A DNA stretch of 64,000 bases from positions 248,001-312,000 of IMG/VR virus record IMGVR_UViG_3300049001_000044; one strand, written 5' to 3'. The notes below the pieces were generated by a model that worked only from the letters and a program-made list of their open reading frames with translations, was not told the origin of the DNA and searched no databases. How positions within the stretch are numbered: the first letter of the stretch is position 1; every line of letters starts with the position of its first letter. The position numbers and the translations under genes were made by a program. Positions 1 through 11,600 of the stretch are shown here, piece after piece.

Positions 1-1
1 G

Positions 2-160
2 CTTAGCGCAAGCAGAGTGGACGTCAATGGTCCTGCTGCGAAAATGGCAGTGGAAGCAGACTGTGCTGCGACGGCAGAGAGCCCAACGATTGTTCCAGGT
101 CATGAGCCATGGAAGAGGCCTGAAACGAAAGGCAAGCGTAACAAAAACTGGAAGGCATGA
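2..160 (+). CDS. C-terminal end of an upstream gene (partial), possibly a baseplate hub/spike protein
   Basis: Open frame LSASRVDVNGP...IVPGHEPWKRP...NWKA* ending TGA at 160, followed by a terminator and lying upstream of the gp25/gp6-like genes. Confidence 0.4.
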   Translation, partial: LSASRVDVNGPAAKMAVEADCAATAESPTIVPGHEPWKRPETKGKRNKNWKA

Positions 161-186
161 AAAATGGGAGCTAAAGCTCCCATTTT
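161..186. terminator. Bidirectional intrinsic terminator
   Basis: Perfect inverted repeat aaaatgggagct-aa-agctcccatttt between convergent genes. Confidence 0.8.
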
Positions 187-187
187 C

Positions 188-568
188 TTAATGTGATGGA
201 ATGTCCGCGAAAGGAACCATCTTCTTCAACGACTCTCGATCTTCGCTTTCAAGATGTCCACCGCTTTCCTTAAGTCGCTCGATCATCCAAAAAAATCTAA
301 CAACCTGACGGATAGTTTCGGGATCAAACTTGTCCTCAACAGCATGAGCTAGGCTGCCATCATTGAACCATCCCGATTTACCGTCTGGGCCCTTCACATC
401 TTCGTCATCGTCATCTTGATGAACCCACTCAATACCGCCTCTGCGCATTGCGCCTGCTGCGATCAGAGCGGAAACAATATCAGGAATCTGGTCTACACTT
501 TCCGTGACAATGACGGATTCTTGTAGCGGCAGTCCGGCCAGCTTACGAAGCTTGTTGAGATCTTTCAT
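188..568 (-). CDS. Hypothetical protein, putative internal head protein
   Basis: 126 aa; SD aggag upstream; N-terminus MKDLNKLRKLAGLPLQE|S resembles a protease-cleaved leader; own TAAATA promoter. Confidence 0.7.
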   Translation of the reverse strand: MKDLNKLRKLAGLPLQESVIVTESVDQIPDIVSALIAAGAMRRGGIEWVHQDDDDEDVKGPDGKSGWFNDGSLAHAVEDKFDPETIRQVVRFFWMIERLKESGGHLESEDRESLKKMVPFADIPSH

Positions 569-610
569 TCTTTTTCTCCTAGTTATGTTGCGGTCGACCG
601 CGTGATTCGC

Positions 611-616
611 TATTTA
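611..616 (-). promoter_or_regulatory. T4-like late promoter core TAAATA
   Basis: tattta on + strand, upstream of 188..568; divergent partner of 645..650. Confidence 0.6.
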
Positions 617-644
617 CATGATTCTGTAACTTCAGGATGTTGGA

Positions 645-650
645 TAAATA
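645..650 (+). promoter_or_regulatory. T4-like late promoter core (A)TAAATA
   Basis: ataaata 22 nt upstream of the gp25-like start. Confidence 0.65.
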
Positions 651-671
651 GCTCCACAGCAAGGAGACTAC

Positions 672-1040
672 ATGGCCACCATCTACAAAGGCTTTTCAAC
701 TAAGGACTGGCGAAAGCGTCGTACCTTCTCGATGACCAACCTGGAGATCGTGAAGCGCGACCTGCTCAATCATATCTACACTATCAAAGGTGAACGCGTA
801 ATGATGCCTAACTTCGGCACACGCATTCCTCTTCTAGCATTCGAACCAAACGATGAGAAGACTAGGAAGGTTGTTGAGGATGATTTGACGGCAGTGTTCA
901 CCTACGACCCACGCGTCAAGCTGCTCGGTTTGAACGTGCTAAGTCTACCTGACAACAACGCGATCATTGCTGTGGCAGATTTGCTGTACGTTGAGCTTGA
1001 CGTTAGAGACGAGCTCCACATTGAAGTGGCGACCCAATAA
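672..1040 (+). CDS. gp25: Baseplate wedge subunit, gp25/GPW family
   Basis: KGERVMMPNFGTRI and YDPRV motifs; 122 aa; SD aaggag; directly upstream of the gp6-like gene. Confidence 0.9.
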   Translation: MATIYKGFSTKDWRKRRTFSMTNLEIVKRDLLNHIYTIKGERVMMPNFGTRIPLLAFEPNDEKTRKVVEDDLTAVFTYDPRVKLLGLNVLSLPDNNAIIAVADLLYVELDVRDELHIEVATQ

Positions 1041-1056
1041 CCTTACGAGACGCTAA

Positions 1057-4000
1057 ATGACAATCAGAAATACCTACGCAGCGGAAGCTTGGGACAAGAT
1101 CTACAACGCTTTCCAGCAAATCAACTTCACGGCGTACGACTACGACACCGTTAAGGAATCCCTTCTTCAGTACCTGAAGATCTACCACTCAGAACACTTC
1201 AACGACTTCATCGAGTCAGGTGAACTGGTGGCGAACATCGAAGCGTTCGCGTACGTGGCTGAACAGCTAGCCTACCGTATCGACGTTATGAGTCATGAGA
1301 ACTTCATGTCCACTGCGCAGAGGAAGCAATCCATCCTGCGCCTGGCAAGACTCATCTCGTATCGAGCTTCTAGAAATATCCCAGCTCGTGGCCTGGTAAA
1401 GCTGACCTCTGTCCGTACATCTGAGCAAATCTTTGACTCGCTCGGCAACGATCTGTCGAACGTCACTGTAACTTGGAACGATCCAAACAACTCCAACTGG
1501 AAGGAGCAGTTCTTCCTAGTGATGAACAAGTCTCTCACGACTAAGTTTGGTCAGCCACAGAAGTCGTTCCAGATTGGTGACGTCACGATGCAGTTGTACA
1601 CCTTCAACAACAACGCATCTTCCTTCAAGAATGGTGTCTACACCTTCTCCGTTGGTGGCACGAACGAAACTCTCCCAGCAGAAATTACTCCCGCTGACAT
1701 CGATGAGACTGGCCCTTTCGAACGCTCTCCTGACCTCAACGCCCAGATGAGTTTGATTTATGCTGTGGACGGTCGTGGCGATGGTTCTGATTACACTGGC
1801 TTCCTGATGTTCATGAAGCAAGGCACGCTGCTGCGCACTGACTACACCATCCTTGAGCCTACTGAAAATCGTCGCATCGAGTTGGACGCCATCAACATCA
1901 ACGACACGGACGTGTGGGTTTACCGCGTTGATGACGAAGGTCGCATCATTGAGAACTGGTCGATGGTTGAGACGCTCAACGAACAGAATTTGGTCTTCAA
2001 CAGCGATTCTTCTTCTCGTAAGAAGTTCGAGGCTGAGACCCTTGAGAACGACCGTATCGCTTTGATCTTCGGTGATGGCAACTTCAGCGATGCGCCTGTT
2101 GGCAACTTCCAGATTTGGACTCGCGTCTCCACGAACAGCAATGTCACCATCCCGAAGAACCAAGTGGTGAATCAGAAGCTTAGCTTCAACTACTCCACTC
2201 AACAGAACTCCACTCAAACTCTCGCTGCTACCTTCTCGCTGACTAGTGCGTTGCAGAACAACAGCGCGTCAGAAACGACTGAGCACATTCGTCAAGCTGC
2301 GCCTGCGACCTACTACGCGCAGAACAGGATGGTCAATGGACAGGACTACAACACCTATCCTCTGAAGGATCAGTCCATCCTCAAACTCAAGACCATCAAC
2401 CGCACCTTCGCTGGTCAGCCAAAGTACATCGAATGGAACGACGCATCGGGCGCCTATCAGAACGTCAAGCTGTTTGGTGATGACCTTCTGATGTACTACG
2501 ACATTAACGCGAACAGCGTTGAGACTACTGGTTCAAGCCGCTCGCTCATCGATGGTGTGCTCGAGCCACTGCTCCAGGAGACAGGCGTCTTCAACATTCT
2601 CAACCACATCTCCGCTACTCATGAGCTGGGATATGGCGTGATTTCGAACCCTCGTCGTAAGTTCATGGAAGACAACCGTCCAGTCTTCTTCGATGGATTG
2701 ACTGGCGAAGCAACCAACCCTTACGGTCCAGTGGCTCCGTCAGCAAACGACGCAACGCTCCGTGAGAAGACGGCAATTCAAGGTGCACTCGACCGCCACT
2801 GGTACGGTGAGCCAAAGTCGTACGTCACGATCGACGGTATCCGTCATGGTGTCATTAGTGACCCAACTACTGCGGATGCAGCAGACGACGGCAACTTGTA
2901 TGATGAAGGATTGAAGCGCACCATCGACGGTGAAAACACTTGGCCGCCAGGTGACATCGGTTCTGGTTTGCAAACCTTCCTTACCAACCAGCAGTTCTTC
3001 GGTGTTCGCTTCAATAGGTTCCTCAAAGCGTTCGGTAACGGTGACATCGCTCTGTCGAGCGTAGCATCTGGCGTTGATGCCTTCAACGATCGCGTTGAAG
3101 TGTTTACGATCGAAGTGCAAAGCGACAAGACCACCCTTAGCGTCGTGAGTAACATCCGCGGTCGTCTTGCCGATGGACGTATTAACTCTCAATACGCTGA
3201 AGTGAACGACACAACTCAACCTATCGACTTCCTCATCACTCAAGGCGATGTAGCGTTTGAAGCAGGTGATGCGTTCGTAGTTGATCTGCGTTGGACGAGC
3301 ACTGGCTGGGTTCCAACAACTCGCCTCTTTAACGGCGAAACGAAAGTCAATTTGAACGGTTGGTTCGAGTTGATTCGTGCGGACGACTTGACTGATATTG
3401 ACCCTACTGACTCTGTGAAGTGGGCCCGCGCGGCTGTGGACTTTGATCCTTCTGACTCCGCTAAGAGCTGGGTGTTCATCATCAAGCGTGAGAACGACGC
3501 GAATGGTAATCCACTATCATTCACTGTCTGGTACCGTGACATGCGTTTGGTTGTAGAGAGTCCAACGACTAAATTTTGGTTCAACCAATCCGCACAGATT
3601 ATCGACGCAGAGACCTTGAAGCCAGTGTATGACAAGATTCGTATCCTTCGCTCCAACCTCGATGGTAAGAACCGTCCACTGATGGCGAACGATATCTACG
3701 ACGTGGTGGGCTTTGTCTACGACAAGGATGGCAACATTGTGACGTCGAAGCTGGAAGTGTTGCCATCGGATAGCATCAACTTCACCAAGTCTGGTGATGG
3801 TCTGCCTGACAACATTCTACAGTTTGAGAACTTCTCCACCGACTCCTATCAATTCGGTCGCTTTGACTACGACGCGAACAACGTCGAGTGGATGACTTGC
3901 GGTACCTATCGCTACGTTGGCAACTACGACACGACCGTCTATGAGAAGGAAGGTTACGACTCGGGCCGTTTGGAAGTATTGGACTCAACTGGAGTAGTCG

Positions 4001-4716
4001 TTGAGACGTTCGTCTTCAAGAGCGGCAACTTCCTCTCTGAACAGCACGAAGGTTCGATGATCTTCCGTCGTCGCCTAATGCCAGCTCCTTGCAGCGGTTC
4101 GGGGCTGGACTTCATGTGGCAGCACTTCACACCATCGGCCAACCTCATCGATCCATCGGTGACGAACATCCACGATGCGTTCATTCTAACTCGTGGCTAC
4201 TACGATTCGATGATCGACTTCGTCAAAGGCGTATCGACCGTCGAACCAACTCCACCAACTCCGCTGGACCTGCGTACTTCGTATGGTGAGCTGTTGAAGA
4301 ACAAGATGCTGTCCGACACTCTCGTACTCCACAGCGGCAAGATCAAGTTGCTGTTCGGCTCGATGGCTGATGCTCAGCTTCGTGCAAAGTTCAGAGTGGT
4401 GAAAGCTCCAGGCGCAACCTTCTCGAATGAACGTATCAAGACCGAGATCATCTCCGTCATTGACTCCTACTTCGACATCGGCAACTGGGACTTTGGCGAT
4501 AAGTTCTACGCAACTGAGCTGATCTCCTTGATTCACCAGCGTCTGCCAACTCAGATCGCTTCCGTCGTGCTTGTGCCTTCGTACTCGGTCAACTCTTTCG
4601 GTTCGCTGTTTACGATTGACTCGGGCTTCGATGAGATTCTTCAGTCGTGCGCAACGGTGAACGACGTTGAGATTGTCGACGCACTCACCCCATCGGTACT
4701 GCGTCAAATTAGATAA
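1057..4716 (+). CDS. gp6: Baseplate wedge protein, T4 gp6-like, with large central insertion
   Basis: N-terminal DYDTVKESL..YL..FNDFIESG, ENFMSTAQRKQSILRLARLISY, LIFGDG and SETTEHIRQAAP..YYAQNRMVNGQDY motifs; follows gp25. Confidence 0.85.
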   Translation: MTIRNTYAAEAWDKIYNAFQQINFTAYDYDTVKESLLQYLKIYHSEHFNDFIESGELVANIEAFAYVAEQLAYRIDVMSHENFMSTAQRKQSILRLARLISYRASRNIPARGLVKLTSVRTSEQIFDSLGNDLSNVTVTWNDPNNSNWKEQFFLVMNKSLTTKFGQPQKSFQIGDVTMQLYTFNNNASSFKNGVYTFSVGGTNETLPAEITPADIDETGPFERSPDLNAQMSLIYAVDGRGDGSDYTGFLMFMKQGTLLRTDYTILEPTENRRIELDAININDTDVWVYRVDDEGRIIENWSMVETLNEQNLVFNSDSSSRKKFEAETLENDRIALIFGDGNFSDAPVGNFQIWTRVSTNSNVTIPKNQVVNQKLSFNYSTQQNSTQTLAATFSLTSALQNNSASETTEHIRQAAPATYYAQNRMVNGQDYNTYPLKDQSILKLKTINRTFAGQPKYIEWNDASGAYQNVKLFGDDLLMYYDINANSVETTGSSRSLIDGVLEPLLQETGVFNILNHISATHELGYGVISNPRRKFMEDNRPVFFDGLTGEATNPYGPVAPSANDATLREKTAIQGALDRHWYGEPKSYVTIDGIRHGVISDPTTADAADDGNLYDEGLKRTIDGENTWPPGDIGSGLQTFLTNQQFFGVRFNRFLKAFGNGDIALSSVASGVDAFNDRVEVFTIEVQSDKTTLSVVSNIRGRLADGRINSQYAEVNDTTQPIDFLITQGDVAFEAGDAFVVDLRWTSTGWVPTTRLFNGETKVNLNGWFELIRADDLTDIDPTDSVKWARAAVDFDPSDSAKSWVFIIKRENDANGNPLSFTVWYRDMRLVVESPTTKFWFNQSAQIIDAETLKPVYDKIRILRSNLDGKNRPLMANDIYDVVGFVYDKDGNIVTSKLEVLPSDSINFTKSGDGLPDNILQFENFSTDSYQFGRFDYDANNVEWMTCGTYRYVGNYDTTVYEKEGYDSGRLEVLDSTGVVVETFVFKSGNFLSEQHEGSMIFRRRLMPAPCSGSGLDFMWQHFTPSANLIDPSVTNIHDAFILTRGYYDSMIDFVKGVSTVEPTPPTPLDLRTSYGELLKNKMLSDTLVLHSGKIKLLFGSMADAQLRAKFRVVKAPGATFSNERIKTEIISVIDSYFDIGNWDFGDKFYATELISLIHQRLPTQIASVVLVPSYSVNSFGSLFTIDSGFDEILQSCATVNDVEIVDALTPSVLRQIR

Positions 4717-4727
4717 AGGAAACAAAC

Positions 4728-4979
4728 ATGAAGATCAAAGAACTGCTAGAGGGTGAGGTTGTTCAGGGCAATTTCCCAAAGCATGGAAAAGTTATTGTCT
4801 CAACTCGTAGAGATGTAGGCGATGAATGGAAGTATTGGACCGGCGTGAATTTCTTCGGTACTAAATCTCGGGCGCTGAAAGTTCCCATGAACAGCGTTGA
4901 TAAGTTGCTTTCTGATTGGGGATTGAAGCTAGATAAACCCACGAGATCAGGTGAAGCAAGAATCGAAAAGGTTCTATAA
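4728..4979 (+). CDS. Small hypothetical protein with capsid-targeting-like leader
   Basis: SD aagga; begins MKIKELLE|G. Confidence 0.7.
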   Translation: MKIKELLEGEVVQGNFPKHGKVIVSTRRDVGDEWKYWTGVNFFGTKSRALKVPMNSVDKLLSDWGLKLDKPTRSGEARIEKVL

Positions 4980-5063
4980 GGCCCAGAGATGCTTCTACTG
5001 CTCGATGTAGAAGCATCTTACTTTCAAGCAGAGAGGTCTCTGGGCCTCTCTAGTAAGCTCCAG
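4979..5063 (+). repeat. Dispersed structured intergenic repeat, copy 1
   Basis: aggcccagaga(4979-4989)/tctctgggcct(5037-5047) outer stem, 12-bp inner hairpin (4987-5018) and ctagtaagctccag tail; shares blocks with the copies at 28006, 38373 and 57401. Confidence 0.75.
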
Positions 5064-5071
5064 GATATACA

Positions 5072-5605
5072 ATGTTCACATTCAAAACCTACCTAACTGA
5101 ACTCCTCGATAGGACAGCTTCCCTTCACTACACTTTGGATTGGCCTGAAGAATTGGAGGCTGTTGCCGACATCAATGGCCGTCGTGTCATGTTTCAAGCA
5201 GGTCTAAACAACGCAAAGGATCCTGCACATTCATTTTGGGAAGTATCTTTCAAGGAGCGTGGCAGCTGGGGACACCAACTTAGTGGCAATCGTGGTGAAC
5301 TTGAGGTCTTTGCATCCGCAAAGGCATTCATCCAACACATTGTTGACACAAGAGATTCGCCAACAATCGTGTTTAGGGCAGATAATTTGGCAGGTGAAGA
5401 CTATACTAAGAGAGGCGAGCTGTACCAAAAGATGGCTGTCAAGTTCAAGCCAAAGAACTACACGCTGTTCATCGATAAGACCTTATCAGCCTTCCACTTC
5501 GTATTTAAACCGAAGAAGGAAGGGATAACGGATGTGGAAGTACGTGACGATAGAGAAAGAGAACGGCAGATCCAGCAGTACATGAAGGATCACGGTCTAG
5601 ATTAA
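5072..5605 (+). CDS. Hypothetical protein with capsid-targeting-like leader
   Basis: 177 aa; begins MFTFKTYLTE|L, close to the T4 internal-protein leader pattern. Confidence 0.75.
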   Translation: MFTFKTYLTELLDRTASLHYTLDWPEELEAVADINGRRVMFQAGLNNAKDPAHSFWEVSFKERGSWGHQLSGNRGELEVFASAKAFIQHIVDTRDSPTIVFRADNLAGEDYTKRGELYQKMAVKFKPKNYTLFIDKTLSAFHFVFKPKKEGITDVEVRDDRERERQIQQYMKDHGLD

Positions 5606-5640
5606 TCTGGGATCGCTTTTCCCAGATCCTGCTAGGAGGA

Positions 5641-5646
5641 TAAATA
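5641..5646 (+). promoter_or_regulatory. T4-like late promoter core
   Basis: ataaata just upstream of the giant ORF. Confidence 0.6.
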
Positions 5647-5686
5647 TCCCATACTTCATATGGGCACAACCTCTTATACGCAGGCC

Positions 5687-8600
5687 ATGGCAAATAAACA
5701 AAAGATCGATCTCAAAAAGTTCATTCCATCTAATCTTCGGAATGAACTCAACACCAGTCTCGCTGATAACCTGTTCAACCGATTCCTCTCCGAAGAGCAG
5801 AGCGTATCAGTGTCTGGCCAGGTTGGTAAGGTTACCGATCCTAATGATGCGGTGATCCAAGCCAGCGACCTTGACCGAGAACTCAACGCGCTCGTTCCCG
5901 CCCTGTACTTCAAGACAGGCGCTGAGGAAAGTCTGTTCACGTTCGACGACCTGCTCAACCGCATGGCGGCACTGGGCGTGGACATCAACAATCTGAAGTC
6001 CTCACTGTCTGAACAAAGTCTGAACTTGGCTCCTCCTATCGACTTGGACAAGTTCATCAACTTCTCCAACTACTACTGGACTGCAGTCGACGCGAAGCCT
6101 GTTCGCGCAGAGCAGACCATGGCCTGGAATACCGCGCTCAACGCCGAGTACTACGTCATCAAGCGCCCATCTGCTACTTCCAACATCAAGCTGCCTGTCA
6201 ACTTGGCAACGACCAATGACATCAAGCTGTATGGTAAGGGAAGAGAGCCAGAAAAAGTCACGGTTGAATTCCAAAGCAACGACACGTTCACAATCACCGG
6301 TTCAAACGGTCCACTGTCTGTTGACAAGAACCAACTGACTGGCATCAAGACGCTACTCACTGTCACCGGTCCAAACAGCCTCGCCCTGTTCAGCTTCCAA
6401 ATCACTCAAGGTAGTGAAGCATTTGAAGTGGGCGACAAGTTCGAGATCGACATTACCTACGTTACTGGTTCGAACACTGTCTCCTTCACCCCTGGTCCAT
6501 CTCTAATCACTTTGAGCAAGGGCTTCGTGTCGAACATCGTCGCTGACTCTCAGCTGATGATGGTTGACGGTGTGCGCGTCAAAGTCGGTGACACTGTGCT
6601 GGTGAAGAACCAAACTAACGCTGCTGAGAATGGCGTCTACGTTGTGAAGATGGACAAATGGTTGCGTCTCTCCAACTACAGCGATGCATCACATTTCCCA
6701 GCCAGTACTTCGATCTACGTCTACTTTGGTTCGCAAGCAGGTAAGACATTCACGTTGCAATCCACCGTGACTGAAGTGGGTGTGTCTCCTATCGTCTTCG
6801 CACCGGACACTACCAACCCTGCGATTGCGGTAAACGACTGGCAGATCTACAATTTCTGGGTTCACAAGGATGATCTGGACCCAACCTATACGAACGCGAC
6901 TCAAGCTACTCGCCCGATTATCGAGTACGACAATGATCTGCAACTGAACGCTGCTTTCGACGATGATGGTTACCCAACCATCGGTTCCTCTGCGCCTCAG
7001 TCAAAGACGCGCTTCAACCAAATTCCACAGTTCGACCTTTTCTACTACGACGGCCACCACGCTAAGAAGACGTCGGGTATTTTCTTCTACGAGGAAGACC
7101 CTGACTTCGACGTTGACGCGATCTTGCTGCGTCGTACCAAGCTCACTGTCAACGCAGACTACATGTTTGGCCTGGGTGTGAAGGATGAAGACGGTCGCCT
7201 GCTCTTCTTCAAGAAGCAAGGTGAGTTGAAATCCATCTGGGCTCCAGGCAACACCACCGCATCTGTCACCTCGCTCACTCTTAACGCAGAAGCAAGCGAG
7301 ATGAAGGGCAGCATTAGCACGCAAGTCTTTAGCTCGGCTGACACCCAAACTTGGACCATCACTGCAAAGTCTGCAACTACCTTTAGCGTCGTTGGCAGCC
7401 GTAGCGGTTACCAAGGCGATGCGATCATAGGTGTGGCATTCACTGCTCCCGACGACTTCGAAATTGTTATCAACGAAGGAAGCGTAGAGTATGCAGTGGG
7501 CGACACCTTCACCATGAACGTTGCGGGTGTGGTCGCGCCACGCTACGTCAAGAAGGTAGATGGGAATGTTGTGAACGTCGTAGGCGGTCCACTTGGCGAT
7601 ACTGCGCAGGAAGGTTCGTGGATGGTTCCTCGTCGCATGTTCGAAAACATGCTTCGCACTCTCTCCACCGAGATCGCATACGGCGACTTGGTTGATCACT
7701 GCCGTTCGATCATCAAGTCGCAAGACGGCTTCAAAGGTTCCAGCTTCGGTATCAACAACTACCGTCAACTCTCGCACAACCATGGTCTGGGCGGTAACAT
7801 CCGTGAGTACAACGGAAACTTCCCACTCCTTGCTTCCCTGCTGATGCAGCCCGGTATGTCGCCTCTGTCTATCATCGACTTTGGTGAGCAGCAGTATGCG
7901 ACTGCTCTGGCATCAATCGACCAATTCCTGTCGAATGAGCTGGCCAACTACATCGCTACCACTGCAGTTCCATCGCTTAGCTTGATTGATCCAACTGATG
8001 CGCAAGTACAGAACCTTCTCAACACCTTTGAGAACCTTCGTGCGAACGACCAACTCCTGAAGGACGTCTTCTCGGACTCTACCGCGTTGGTGAAGAACTG
8101 GCCTGTCACGCTGCCTATGATGGGTATCACGCGTAAGACGAAGCCAACTATCACGTTCGACATGGATCTAGGTATCGATGTTATCGTTCACCACGACAAC
8201 CACCGTTCACCACTTGCGGCGACTGATGTTGAATTCGATCGTAACCTCGCTCGCACCTTGGTTCGTCGCTCTGACAGCACCACTTCGGCTGGTGTCTTCG
8301 CGGAAGCAATGCCAAACCTTCCTTACGCTCGTCAGCTGTGGTTCAGGCCATCGACGAACGAACTGAAGGTGTTTGACGTCTTTGCGGATACGGACGAAGC
8401 TCCTGCATCTGGTGTTGATGGTCAGTTCTGGTACAAGCGCTCTGCGAATGAACTGCGTGAATGGGATAGCCTATCCAACACGTGGGTCATTAGCGCATCT
8501 ACCATCGCCAGCCGTTGGACCATTCTCAACAGTGCAGCGATTCGTAACAGCCTCGTACTGGCCGTTGAACAGAAGTTGGCTGATTCGGTTCATCCTTCGA

Positions 8601-11600
8601 TGACTCCACGTGTTGCGCTTTCATCGTACGACCTTGACGACATGGCCGCTGTTGAGCTGGCCAGATTCTCGGCTAAGTACGGTTACGACACTTACGCTAC
8701 AGTCTTCGATCAGTCGGACGCATTCACCTGGAACTACAGTATGATGTTTGGCGATGCAAGATGGTTCGATGTCTACGCCACCTACTTCTACAATGAAGTC
8801 GGAGTAGTTGATCTCAAGCGTCCTAACATTGAACCTTGGAAGCTGCTTGGCCTAACCGATAAGCCTTCTGACTGGGATGCTAAGAACGCAGGTGTTGACC
8901 GTCTGTGGAAGACCGAGATGTGGTTGGACATTATGGCTGCAAAGCCAGGCCTGAAGCTGTGCGTTGACATCAACACCGACGCTTTGCTCCCACCATACGT
9001 TTCTTCCTCGCTGCCTGAATCGCAATACGCGCTTACCACCGTTAAGCCAGAAGGCATCGCGAACACCTACAGCTTCCAAGACAACGGTCCAGTTGAGAAC
9101 ATCTGGAGAAAGTCACTTGAGTACGGCTACAGCTTGGCTCGCATCTACTTCAAGCGTCAGCCTCTGCGCTTCGTTGAGAATCTGTGGGGCACCACCTACA
9201 TCTACCCATCCAGCAACGCTCTGCGTCTGGAACGAAACCTGTCTCAGCCATCGTCGCCATCGAAGTTCCTCCTCCATGGTGAGCGTCTCCACAACATCGT
9301 TGAGCGTGATGCAAGTGAACACTTCATCGGCAAGGTGCGCATGAGCAGCACCGCTACGGCGAACGTTGAGTTCCAAGTCACTCACACTGACAACAACAAA
9401 ACCTACTTCTACGCTTACATCAACGGCGCGCTGAAGATGATCGTTGAGGAAGGTAAAGTGTTCAGTTTGAGTGGTGACGGTGTCATTATCAATGACGTCA
9501 TCATAGATGACATGGGTATCCCATTCTCTCTTGGTGATAAATTCACTATCAAGTACACCGCTACGCCTGACCCTGCAGTTGATCCAGCACCGCCTGTCGA
9601 TCCAGAAGATTGTGGCTGCGTCGTCCCAGGAACCAATGATACTCTTCCATACCCACAAGTCGTCGTGACTTCGGTCTGGACCTTTACCCCTGCGAAGACG
9701 AAGAAGTACAACGGTGTTGGTCAACTCTACACCAATCTGCTGCGCTATAACTACATCGACACTGACATGTCGAAGGCAACCAACGCATATCGTAGTTGGG
9801 ACGTTCGCCTGGTTCACCGTCTTGGCGCTCTGATCCGCGGTGACTCTCTTGAAATCGACACCGCGCTTGGTACTCTGCCTGAGACCGCATACAATTTGCT
9901 GTTGAAGCGCAGTGAGTATCTGGACAGCAAGTGGATTTCTGCTCTTCGCATCCAGCTGGTTCAAGCTGGTAAGCGTGTCGCGACCAGCGCGGGCAACTAC
10001 ATTCCTGTTGGTGCAGGCGAAGACTGGGTCTTCCGTCTAGAGACGTACAACCCACAGCACCCGCTCATCGAGTACTACTCCTATGAGCAGGACGAGTACC
10101 TGACCTTCAACGCACTGCAGGGTCAAACGACCAAGCTTGAGTGGAAGCACCGCACTAAGCGCGCACATCTCAACCAAGTCACTACTCCTATCGCCATCAC
10201 TGGCGTGCAGAACCTAATCGACGTTATCTTCGGTTACATCGAAAGACTTGAAGAAGTTGGCTTCAAAATCAACATGACCGAGGATGTTGTCGTTGATGCA
10301 GAGACCGGCCGCAACCTTGATTGGCAGTTGGAAGTTGAAAAGCTGGTGGATCGTATCTACACGAACATGGGACCAGGTAATGGTCACGTATTGAATCCAT
10401 TCCTCCACGCTCTCTACGTTGAGACTCCTACTGGTCTGCTGTCACGCTACACTGAAAGCAGCTTCATCGACACGACTGCGGCGCAGGCAATCTTCGACGT
10501 GACTGGCAAAGTAATCCCAATGAACAACCTCTACGTTGTTCGTACGGACGATTCTGCCGTCACTTACTCGGATGTTCCTATCTTCTCTGCCCACGTCTTC
10601 AACGATGAGTTTGAACACGTGATCGTCTTCAACACCCGTCTGTCGGATGAAATCGGTAGCTCGACCATCTTCGACCCATTCCTGGGTATGAGGATCGACA
10701 CCGCTCGCCTCGCATACACTCGTCAGGCAGAGGTAGATAGGAAGCCTAGGTTCCACGGCTTCGTCCTTAACGGCAATGACGTGAGGCGCAACATCGTATC
10801 GAGCGTGGATTCCATCGCCAACTATTACGATGCATCGAAGACGTTTAACGAGCCAGCGACAGCTAAGCACGCACTATCTCTGCTCGGCTTTAGTAGCAAG
10901 CAATACTTCGCAGACATCGGAATCAGCGACGCAACGCAGTTCAACTTCTGGCGCGGTCTCATTCAAGCTAAGGGTACGAACATGTCGATCGATGCGTTCG
11001 TCAACTACAAGAAATTCGCTGACGCTTCCGTCGATGAGTACTGGGCTTACAAAGTTGCTGACTATGGTGATGCACGCCCTCGCAATCTGCCTGAGATCAA
11101 AATTGAGCAGGCCGATTGCCAGCAGTCGTTCACTCAACTGCAATTCTACGACGCGACCACGGACCACGACCAGCTTCCTCAGTTCATCCAAATCGAAAAG
11201 GAAGATGACGCTCGTTGGTTTAGCATTGATGATCTGGGCGTGGGCATGGTATTCGATGCTCTGCCTACTTCTGTCACCGTCACCGCGGCAAATGTTGGCT
11301 ACTACCAGCTCAACACCATCTTCCATAACGGAGATGATGGTGCACCGACTGTGACGAAGAATGGTCTGGCAACGAACGACGCCACGATGGTGAACGCTTC
11401 CCTCCTGAAGGTGAACGTTGCTGGTACCTACGTCGTCAATGGATACACCTGGGCTAACCCAGTAAAGCAGTCGCCTGTCAAGCTGTTCGACTACAAGACC
11501 AACACACTGGTCAAGCAGATCGCGCTGTGGCACCCAGCTATCGGTATCCACGCCCACGAGCCACTGGAGATCATCAACACCGTTTCGAAGGCAGATCCTG

